Assembly (NCBI GenBank): GCA_964634365.1
Contig: CAZWJU010000004.1
Location: 3,927-67,926, forward strand
DNA length: 64,000 nucleotides
Origin: an uncultured Candidatus Saccharibacteria bacterium
GTDB lineage: Bacteria > Patescibacteriota > Minisyncoccia > Phycocordibacterales > UBA9973
Direction: 5' to 3'
The position numbers were made by a program, and so were the translations under genes. Position 1 is the stretch's first letter; every line of letters begins with the position of its first letter. The notes under the pieces are model-generated. The model was given only the letters and a program-made list of their open reading frames with translations, was not told the DNA's origin and did no database searches. Shown piece by piece: positions 17,093 through 24,883 of this stretch.

Positions 17093-20068
17093 ATGAATTC
17101 TGAATTTGATGCTGCCTACAAAGGTCTAAATCCAGCCCAAAAAGAAGCCGTAGATACTATATATGGTCCAGTTATGGTTATTGCTGGTCCTGGAACAGGG
17201 AAAACTCAAGTCCTTGCCCTTCGTATTGCAAATATTTTGAAAGAAACTGATACAGGTGCTTCCAGTATTTTGTGTCTTACCTTCACTCGCTCAGGTGTTC
17301 GCGCGATGAGGGAAAGACTCAATCAGTATATTGGTGTAGCCGCAAATGAAGTCAGAGTATCGACCTTCCACAGCTTCGCAATTGATTTGGTTGAAAAGTA
17401 TTATTTGTCTTTAGGTTTTGTAGATGCACCAAGACTTATAGATGAAAAAGAAACCGTCTTTATGGTTGATCATATTTTACATAGCGTAGAGTGGAAACAT
17501 TTGCGCCCACGAAACGATCCTGCTCAGTATTTTTCTGATATCAGATCTCTAATCTCACTTTTAAAAAGAGAGAACATGACACCAGATATTTTCGAGAAAG
17601 AAATTTTGAAAGATATAAAAGCTCTTTCAACTAATCCAGAAAGCATATCTTCCCGAGGTCCAACAAAAGGTGAGATTAAAAAAGAAGTTTTGAAAAAGAT
17701 AGAGTCACTCGAGCGCACACTTGAGGTTGTTAAGTTTTATCAAAAATACGAAGAAGAAAAGAGAGAAAAGTCATTGATGGATTACGATGATGTTTTGGAA
17801 TACGCTGTTACTATTGCAAGTGAAAATGAAGACGCAAAAGCAGAAATAAGAGAAAACCATCAGTATATATTAGTCGACGAACATCAGGATTCTACTGGAG
17901 TACAAAATGCATTTTTGAAAGCTGTTTGGGGAGATGTTGAGAGGCCAGATATTTTTGTTGTTGGTGACGATAGGCAGCTCATATATGGTTTCGGTGGTGC
18001 AAGACTAGACTACTTCGAAGAATTTAAAACATGTTTTGGTCGCGCCCATCTGATAACTCTTATCGAAAACTATCGCTCAACAGACGGGATACTTTCTCTG
18101 GCAGATACTTTACTCACATCCAATTTGGCAAAGGGGAAGTTAAAAAGCAACAGAAAAGACAAGGGTGAAATATCACTTTTTGAATATGATTTTCCTAGAG
18201 ACGAAATCGTGGGTGCAGCTATGTATTTTAAAAACATAGTTTCCTCTGGTGGGTCTTTTTCTGATTGTGCAATACTAGTTCCGAAAAACTATCATGTCAG
18301 AGGGGCGATAGCTACTTTGAAAAATTATGGTATCCCTGTCTTGTCAAACGATATAGAATCTTTTTTTGAAAGTAGAACATCTTTTTCTTTTATAAAAGTA
18401 CTTCGCGCAGTAGCAAATCCAAACGATAGTGTCTATATGGCAGAAACTATTTTTGACGAAATATCTGGTGTGTCGCCACTTAGGGCACATAGGTTTTTCA
18501 GAGAAAATAAAACAAGATATCTATCGATAGATGATCTTCTATCCGAAGGCAAAGATAGTGGAATGTTTTCGGGTCAAGACGAAATACAAATGTGGGGTAA
18601 AAAGCTCGCTTTGTTTGTCGAAGAATCTAACAAGATGAGCCTCGTTTCTCTACTTAGCTTTATAGGAAACGAGCTTCTGATGAAAGATATAAAAAATCAT
18701 GACACTTTGCTCAGAAACGCTGAAGTTTTGCGCACAGTTTTTCATCTTGCAGAAATGCAGGTTTCAAAAAATCCTCATGAGACACTAGAGTCTTTTGTAA
18801 AATATTTGGAAAGACTAGACTCATACAACCTGCACATCCCTATAGCCACATTTTCAGCACACGATGGTGTTTCTGTTATGACACTCCATAGATCAAAAGG
18901 TTTGGAATTTGAAAATGTATGGATCGCACACATGAACGAAGAAACTCTCATGTCTTCTAAAAAAAGTGCTTTTACTCTACCTGATAGTCTAAAAGAAAAA
19001 ATAGCAGAGAAAGATAAAGAAAATGCAAAAAGGGAGCTTTATGTTGCGATAACCAGAGCAAAGAAAAATTGTGTTATTTCATACAGCGCACAAGACTATC
19101 GAGGATCTGATATGAGTCTTGCGGAGATAATCCAAGAGCTCGGAGATTCGCATTTTGCAAAAAAAGATAGAAACGAAACAGAAAAAGAACTTCTCTCATA
19201 TGGCGAAGATATATACACGAGAAGAGAGACTACCCCCGAAGGTCCGGATTTTGAAAAGATGATAGAACTTGTGAAGTCTGATTTTACCGAAACACGCGTT
19301 TCTGTGTCTCTTCTGAACAACTTTTTTGAATGCCCATGGAGATGGTATTTTAGAAATTTTCTGCAGCTTCCAGAGATAAAATCCGATTCGCTTGCTCTCG
19401 GTTCAGCTGTTCACTATGCGATAGAGTGTATTCTAAAAGATAAAAATAAAATAAGTGAAGACGACATAAGAAACAGTGTTCTAGAGAGTTTTAGAAAAGA
19501 AGGTGTGCGAGATGAGAGAACACTACCAAAGCTTACGAGTGATGCTGTTGTTTTGGTGAAAAGATGGGTTGATACTTCACTTCAAAACATCGCAAAAGAT
19601 TTTGAAAGTGAAAAAGCTATATCGTATAAAGATTCTCGTTTTCCAGAATTAAACTTTTTTGGAAAAATAGACCTAACAGAAAATATGGGACCGAGCGAAG
19701 TTTCGGTTACCGACTTCAAAACAGGCTCTCCAAAAACAAGTGGTGCTATAGAGAAACCGGACGAAGAGGGAAGGCTCTCGGGTTATATGAGGCAGCTTGC
19801 TATGTATTCTTTTCTTGTTCGTGGTTCATGGAAAAAAGATGTTGTCTCTTCTAAGCTTTATTTTTTGGAAGCGGACAAGGGTGATAAAAATATTACCTAT
19901 GTTACGCGCATCGGGGACGAGGAGATAGATCTGCTCGTGCGTGATATAGAGGACTATAACAGACTGCTTGAAACAGGTGAGTGGACAGAAAGACCGTGTT
20001 ACGCAAAATCTTACAATGGTGGAGAGTGCGAGCATTGTAAGCTCGCGAGAGAAATTTATAAAAAATAA
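17093..20068 (+). CDS. AddA/RecB-like ATP-dependent helicase-nuclease (UvrD/PcrA SF1 helicase fused to C-terminal PD-(D/E)XK nuclease with Cys cluster)
   Basis: N-terminal motif I/Walker A IAGPGTGKT and other UvrD/PcrA helicase motifs. C-terminal ~250 aa has RecB-nuclease motifs (DFKTG, RQLAMYSF) and AddB/Cas4-like Cys set (C...CYAKSYNGGECEHC). Confidence 0.85.
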   Translation: MNSEFDAAYKGLNPAQKEAVDTIYGPVMVIAGPGTGKTQVLALRIANILKETDTGASSILCLTFTRSGVRAMRERLNQYIGVAANEVRVSTFHSFAIDLVEKYYLSLGFVDAPRLIDEKETVFMVDHILHSVEWKHLRPRNDPAQYFSDIRSLISLLKRENMTPDIFEKEILKDIKALSTNPESISSRGPTKGEIKKEVLKKIESLERTLEVVKFYQKYEEEKREKSLMDYDDVLEYAVTIASENEDAKAEIRENHQYILVDEHQDSTGVQNAFLKAVWGDVERPDIFVVGDDRQLIYGFGGARLDYFEEFKTCFGRAHLITLIENYRSTDGILSLADTLLTSNLAKGKLKSNRKDKGEISLFEYDFPRDEIVGAAMYFKNIVSSGGSFSDCAILVPKNYHVRGAIATLKNYGIPVLSNDIESFFESRTSFSFIKVLRAVANPNDSVYMAETIFDEISGVSPLRAHRFFRENKTRYLSIDDLLSEGKDSGMFSGQDEIQMWGKKLALFVEESNKMSLVSLLSFIGNELLMKDIKNHDTLLRNAEVLRTVFHLAEMQVSKNPHETLESFVKYLERLDSYNLHIPIATFSAHDGVSVMTLHRSKGLEFENVWIAHMNEETLMSSKKSAFTLPDSLKEKIAEKDKENAKRELYVAITRAKKNCVISYSAQDYRGSDMSLAEIIQELGDSHFAKKDRNETEKELLSYGEDIYTRRETTPEGPDFEKMIELVKSDFTETRVSVSLLNNFFECPWRWYFRNFLQLPEIKSDSLALGSAVHYAIECILKDKNKISEDDIRNSVLESFRKEGVRDERTLPKLTSDAVVLVKRWVDTSLQNIAKDFESEKAISYKDSRFPELNFFGKIDLTENMGPSEVSVTDFKTGSPKTSGAIEKPDEEGRLSGYMRQLAMYSFLVRGSWKKDVVSSKLYFLEADKGDKNITYVTRIGDEEIDLLVRDIEDYNRLLETGEWTERPCYAKSYNGGECEHCKLAREIYKK

Positions 20069-20092
20069 AAAACCGGAGATCCGGTTTTTTGT
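20068..20092. terminator. Rho-independent terminator
   Basis: aaaccggagatccggtttttt. Confidence 0.7.
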
Positions 20093-20100
20093 AATTTTTT

Positions 20101-20721
20101 TTATTTTATCTTTCTACTATCCAACTCTCTCTTTATTTTTTCTGAGCATGAGTAGTTTTCTTTTTTTACAGAAAAATTTAGAAGCCTTCTGAGTCTTGTA
20201 GAGCTCGAATTTTTTATTTCTTCTTCTGTCAGTTCTTCTAAGACTTTTTCATAGTCTTCATTGGTATTAGTTTCAACAGCTTCTTCTTTATCAAAGTCTA
20301 TGACAGGGAGAAAATCTTTCCTGTTAAATTCTGATGCCGGAACTTTGCTTAACAATATATTTTCAAACACCGCATCACAATGGCACATTTTTTCTCCTTC
20401 AGCACAAATTTCTTTGTATTGGCAAGTATTTAGTCTCTCTTTCCTCATCTTATTGAATTCATAGAGGAATGCTTTGAAACCACCTTCAATTTTCTGAATT
20501 TTTATAGGAGACATTAACATGCTCAGTATTCTAGTCCCGCTGTCCTCATTGCCAATTGGCTCTTCTTGTTTATACGAGTCTGCGGTTTTTCTTACCCACA
20601 GCCTATCTTTTTCGTCCACTAAGAAGTTTCGTTGAGCAGGCACAAATCGAATATCTCCTATGTTCATATATTCAACTGTGTTCTTGTTTATGAATATTTC
20701 GGGAACTTTTTTATGGTTCAT
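20101..20721 (-). CDS. Hypothetical protein (206 aa) with Cys cluster
   Basis: ORF; CAEGEKMCHC motif; acidic C-terminal half. Confidence 0.5.
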   Translation of the reverse strand: MNHKKVPEIFINKNTVEYMNIGDIRFVPAQRNFLVDEKDRLWVRKTADSYKQEEPIGNEDSGTRILSMLMSPIKIQKIEGGFKAFLYEFNKMRKERLNTCQYKEICAEGEKMCHCDAVFENILLSKVPASEFNRKDFLPVIDFDKEEAVETNTNEDYEKVLEELTEEEIKNSSSTRLRRLLNFSVKKENYSCSEKIKRELDSRKIK

Positions 20722-20791
20722 AAAGATCTTTTTTTGATAATTACATTTATGTATATCTTTGTCAACGACGTCTAAATGGTATAATTTACAT

Positions 20792-21112
20792 ATGAAAACA
20801 TTCTCCGAAAGAGTTTTGAAAGCTGCGCTCGCAATACCAAAAGGTAGAGTTACTACATATGGCGCTATTACACGTGCTTGCGGTGCTGGTCCGATGGCAA
20901 GTCAGAGTATTACGACAATTCTCGGCAAGGCATATGATGCGGGTGTGAAAAATATTCCTTGGCACAGGATAGTGTACGCTGGTGGCAAGGTTTGGCTAGA
21001 CGATAAACACAGGAAGGAACGCATGGCGCTTTATAAAAAAGAGGGAATAGATGTAGATCCAAAAACCGGCAAGATAAAAAATTTTGAAAAAATACTTTTT
21101 GAGTATAAATAA
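20792..21112 (+). CDS. Alkyltransferase-like protein (ATL; MGMT DNA-binding domain with Trp replacing active-site Cys)
   Basis: MGMT C-terminal fold (helix-turn-helix, Arg finger) with PWHRIV in place of PCHRV, as in E. coli YbaZ and S. pombe Atl1; start at MKTFSERV within ORF 20759..21112. Confidence 0.75.
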   Translation: MKTFSERVLKAALAIPKGRVTTYGAITRACGAGPMASQSITTILGKAYDAGVKNIPWHRIVYAGGKVWLDDKHRKERMALYKKEGIDVDPKTGKIKNFEKILFEYK

Positions 21113-21114
21113 AA

Positions 21115-21145
21115 ACACACTCGACAAAAGAGTGTATTTTTGAGA
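21115..21145 (+). terminator. Rho-independent terminator after ATL gene
   Basis: acacactcgacaaaagagtgt followed by attttt. Confidence 0.6.
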
Positions 21146-21155
21146 TTTTTATATT

Positions 21156-21287
21156 TTATTCATCAAGTCTACTAGGCAGGGAAAATACATCTATTTTTCT
21201 CCTCTGCTCGTCTAGTCTACCCAAATAAAATCCTATACCCGCGAGGACCAGTATGCATGCTATTAGGAAAATATATCGCTTTTTCAT
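21156..21287 (-). CDS. Candidate 43-aa single-TM peptide (MKKRYIFLIACILVLAGIGFYLG...)
   Basis: ATG..TAA on minus strand in intergenic region; not in ORF track. Confidence 0.2.
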   Translation of the reverse strand: MKKRYIFLIACILVLAGIGFYLGRLDEQRRKIDVFSLPSRLDE

Positions 21288-21380
21288 GTATGTATTATAG
21301 CATTTTAGGCTTTTATTTTGCTATAAAAAACTCGTTTTGATTATTTGTAAAATAGGCGTACTAGAGGGTATAATTGGAAA

Positions 21381-21611
21381 ATGGTTAAATACGAATATAT
21401 CCATGGATTTAAGGTTGAGTACGAAAGCGAAGAGAAGCATATTCGTGATGGAATACAGTATTTGGACAATAAAATTGAGGCCCTTGAGGCAAAGGTTTTC
21501 TTTGCCCAGGCTCGCGATAAAAAGAGTGCTCAATTTGAAGACGACGAAAACCATCAGTTTACCTTGATGTACAAAGGTAGCGATGTTTATATTTTAATTT
21601 CACGCACATAA
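21381..21611 (+). CDS. Hypothetical small protein (76 aa)
   Basis: ORF directly upstream of next gene (4-nt gap). Confidence 0.4.
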   Translation: MVKYEYIHGFKVEYESEEKHIRDGIQYLDNKIEALEAKVFFAQARDKKSAQFEDDENHQFTLMYKGSDVYILISRT

Positions 21612-21614
21612 TCT

Positions 21615-22034
21615 ATGTCACAATTTGGACAATCAAGAGAAAATAACCCAAGCACTAAACCTAGCGAAGAGCGAGAGGATTTTTTCGAAGATGATGGAGT
21701 TAGTGATGTAGAAAATTCTATCGAATCATATATTCGAGATTTAAAAAAATTGATTTTATTGTGTACAAGTATGATTGAGACACTACAAACAGATGTAGGT
21801 AGAGATGTTTATAGTGCTATAAAAGATTTGGCAGAGAAGATTATAGAAAAACTTGAATCTATAAAAGAAAGTGATTTAAAGAGCGCAAGTACGTTCGATA
21901 CTATAGTCTTTGTAGAAGATTTTATGATTGATCAGGATGCACTCATAGATATGTTTGGAAACACTGAAGATTACAAGGAAGAAGATATTTTGATGAATAT
22001 AGAATCAATGAAAGAAGTATATGGAAATATCTAA
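21615..22034 (+). CDS. Hypothetical acidic protein (139 aa)
   Basis: ORF overlapping pheS start by 14 nt; Asp/Glu-rich. Confidence 0.45.
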   Translation: MSQFGQSRENNPSTKPSEEREDFFEDDGVSDVENSIESYIRDLKKLILLCTSMIETLQTDVGRDVYSAIKDLAEKIIEKLESIKESDLKSASTFDTIVFVEDFMIDQDALIDMFGNTEDYKEEDILMNIESMKEVYGNI

Positions 22035-22761
22035 AGGAAAACTTCATCCTATGACCTTGCTTGCCGACGATGCGATTCGGGTTTTTTCAGAGCTTGGTTT
22101 TGAGATGGCGACAGGTCCAGAGCTTGAACATGAGTGGTACAACTTCGACGCACTCAATGTGTCCAAAGATCACCCTGCTCGTGATATGCAAGATACTTTT
22201 TGGATAAAACAAACCAAAGAGGATATTGAAAAAGCGCAAAGCGGTGAGCGTAGCTCCAGGCCTGTTTTGCGTACGCATACAACTAGTGTAAGTATGCGTA
22301 TGATTGAGCGTGCCGCAAAGGAAGAGATCAAGGAAGCTGGATATATAGCAATTGGAAAAACTTTTCGCAATGAAGCTACTGATATAACACACGAAGCACA
22401 GTTTCATCAGATAGACGGAGTTATGATTGGAGAAAATATAAACTTGGCAAATATGAAAGCAGTTTTGATCAAGTTCTATCAAACGATGCTCGGAGCTGAT
22501 ACTGAAATACAATTTCGTCCAAGCTTCTTCCCGTTTACTGAGCCATCAGTTGAGGTGCACGCGAAGTTCAATGGTAAATGGCTAGAGATGATGGGAGGCG
22601 GGATGCTTCATCCAAATGTGCTCCGTAACGCAGGACTTGATCCAGAAAAGGTTCAAGGATTTGCTTTTGGAGGAGGGCTGGACCGTATTTTAATGATCAA
22701 ACACAATATTCCGGACGTGAGATTTCTTTATCAGGGAGACTTAAGAATCAATCAGTTTTAA
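22021..22761 (+). CDS. pheS: Phenylalanine--tRNA ligase alpha subunit (short form, catalytic core only)
   Basis: Class II motifs: FRNEATD.THEAQFHQIDG, FFPFTEPSVEV, GGGMLHPNVL, AFGGGLDRILM. Confidence 0.9.
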   Translation: MEISKGKLHPMTLLADDAIRVFSELGFEMATGPELEHEWYNFDALNVSKDHPARDMQDTFWIKQTKEDIEKAQSGERSSRPVLRTHTTSVSMRMIERAAKEEIKEAGYIAIGKTFRNEATDITHEAQFHQIDGVMIGENINLANMKAVLIKFYQTMLGADTEIQFRPSFFPFTEPSVEVHAKFNGKWLEMMGGGMLHPNVLRNAGLDPEKVQGFAFGGGLDRILMIKHNIPDVRFLYQGDLRINQF

Positions 22762-22762
22762 A

Positions 22763-22942
22763 ATGCCTATAGACGAATCTCTCAATAAAATACTGAAAGA
22801 AATTTGGAGAATTGATGAAAAAAATTCTAATAATCAAGATCTAAATGCTGAGGAAAAAGAATTTTTTAACCAAAACCTTTATGTTATCCAGAAATATTAC
22901 GATGATAACAAAGATTATTGGGAGCGAAAAACAAAAATATGA
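22763..22942 (+). CDS. Candidate 59-aa protein between pheS and pheT
   Basis: ATG 2 nt after pheS stop; stop codon overlaps pheT start codon (ATATGA); in-frame throughout. Confidence 0.3.
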   Translation: MPIDESLNKILKEIWRIDEKNSNNQDLNAEEKEFFNQNLYVIQKYYDDNKDYWERKTKI

Positions 22943-24759
22943 AAATATCTTACAACTGGCTAAAATCTTATATTCCTGATATTTGCGAACCCGAGAAGCT
23001 CTGGGATGTTTTTACATTCCATTTGTGTGAAGTCGAGGAAATGGTAAAGACTCCAGATGGGGATACAATTTTCGATATCAATATCTTGCCAAACCGCGCA
23101 CACGATCTCTTGAGTCACCAAGGTGTAGCACAGGAGCTGTCCGCACTTCTCGATATTGAATACAAGAGTCCAGTGGAGTTATACAAAATCCCAGAATCAA
23201 AACCAACAAATCTTGAAGTAAAAGTAGAAAGTGAAAAATGTCGCAGATATATGGGACGGATTGTTCGCAATGTGAAGGTTGGTCCGTCTCCAGAGTGGGT
23301 TGTGAAGCATCTCGAATCTATAGGGCAGAGAAGTATAAACAATCTTGTCGATGCGACAAATATTGTGATGTTTGATTGCGGTAATCCAACACATGTTTTT
23401 GATGCGAAAAAGATAAAGAACCAAAAAATAATAATCAGAGAAGCACTAGAAAGGGAAGTTGTTGATTTATTGGGGAGTGAAACGACTGTTTTGTTGTCCA
23501 CTGCTTCTTACAAAGATCTTATTATTGCAGATGAGGAATCATCGTTGGCTATTGCTGGAGTAAAAGGAGGTAAAAAGGCAGAAGTAGATGAAAATACCAC
23601 AGAAATAATACTTGAAGTTGCAAACTTTGATCCAGTAGCTGTACGAAAAACAGGTCGTGGCTTGGGTCTTTTTACAGACGCTATAAAGCGTTTTGAAAAT
23701 GATCTTTCTCCTGTGAGAGCTGAGTATGCAATGCGAGAGCTCTCAGCACTAATTCTCGAAATGTGCCCGGAAGCTGAATTCGAAGATATTGTCGATTTTT
23801 TTCCAGAAAAGGAAAAGTGGCAGACAAGAAAAGATATTGAGATTACAACTGACTATATCAACAAAAAGCTAGGTTCAAATTTTAAAGACGAAGAAGTCGA
23901 AGGTGTGTTCATGCGTCTACGTCTAAGTTTCAAAAGAGAAGGGGAGGCTTTTGTTGTAAGTCCGTCTGTGCTCCGGCTAGATCTTTTAGGCAAACACGAT
24001 CTTGTCGAGGAGGTAGGAAGAGTTCTCGGCTACGACAGGATAGAGCCAGTCTTGCCTAAAATAGATTTCAATCCAAAAGTAAATGAGATTTTCTATCGAA
24101 TACTATCTGCAAAGAAAAAACTTGTAGAAGATGGATATAGAGAAGTTTATACATACGTGTTTTGTAAAAAGGGTGCAGTAGAAGTTGCATATGGAGCAAA
24201 AGGCAAAGAGGCACTCCGAACAAATCTTACAGATGGATTGAAACAAGCATACGAACTCAATAGACTCAACGCGCCACTGCTTGGTGAAAATGAAATAAAA
24301 ATATTTGAAATTGGAAATGTATTCCCATCTGTAGGTGTAGAAGAATTTCATGTAGCATGGATTGATAAAAAGGGTGCCCAAGAAACAACTCTTTCGGAAT
24401 TTACAAAAGATATTCAGATAGAAGATTCATACGATTCTGTTTTTCCTGATAGTCCACAGCTTACAGCTCGTAGTTTCGCACCTTGGTCAGTTTATCCGTT
24501 TATCTCACGCGATATTTCTCTTTGGGTTCCAGCAGATAAAAATGAAGAGAGTATTGTAAATATCATAAAAGAAAATATGGGAGATTTGGTTTCTGTTGGT
24601 CCGACACTAGTAGATTCATTTGAAAAGGACGGTAAAAAATCTCTCGCTTTTAGAATAGTTTTCCAGTCTATGGATCGCACTTTGGCTGATTCCGATGTGG
24701 ATAGTCCAATGCGTCAAATCACCGGCGCTCTTGAAAAATCAGGTTGTACTATACGCTAG
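22939..24759 (+). CDS. pheT: Phenylalanine--tRNA ligase beta subunit (short form)
   Basis: MKISYNWLKSYIP N-terminus; B3/B4 and B5 regions, C-terminal FDEF-like domain; start at 22939 within ORF 22918..24759. Confidence 0.85.
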   Translation: MKISYNWLKSYIPDICEPEKLWDVFTFHLCEVEEMVKTPDGDTIFDINILPNRAHDLLSHQGVAQELSALLDIEYKSPVELYKIPESKPTNLEVKVESEKCRRYMGRIVRNVKVGPSPEWVVKHLESIGQRSINNLVDATNIVMFDCGNPTHVFDAKKIKNQKIIIREALEREVVDLLGSETTVLLSTASYKDLIIADEESSLAIAGVKGGKKAEVDENTTEIILEVANFDPVAVRKTGRGLGLFTDAIKRFENDLSPVRAEYAMRELSALILEMCPEAEFEDIVDFFPEKEKWQTRKDIEITTDYINKKLGSNFKDEEVEGVFMRLRLSFKREGEAFVVSPSVLRLDLLGKHDLVEEVGRVLGYDRIEPVLPKIDFNPKVNEIFYRILSAKKKLVEDGYREVYTYVFCKKGAVEVAYGAKGKEALRTNLTDGLKQAYELNRLNAPLLGENEIKIFEIGNVFPSVGVEEFHVAWIDKKGAQETTLSEFTKDIQIEDSYDSVFPDSPQLTARSFAPWSVYPFISRDISLWVPADKNEESIVNIIKENMGDLVSVGPTLVDSFEKDGKKSLAFRIVFQSMDRTLADSDVDSPMRQITGALEKSGCTIR

Positions 24760-24883
24760 ATTTTAGGCCTTAAAATAAGGAGAAATCCACTATTTTTCAC
24801 TAGGAGAAAGTGGATTTTTTTGCTATACTGTGTGTGTAAAAAACAACATATTAAAGCTTAATTTTAAGGGTATTTTTTAATTT

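Noticed and set aside
21615-22034. Whether the 139-aa acidic ORF is a frameshifted N-terminal domain of PheS.
   Set aside because: The two ORFs are in different frames, but the acidic ORF has no similarity to PheS N-terminal helical regions. PheS here is probably naturally short.
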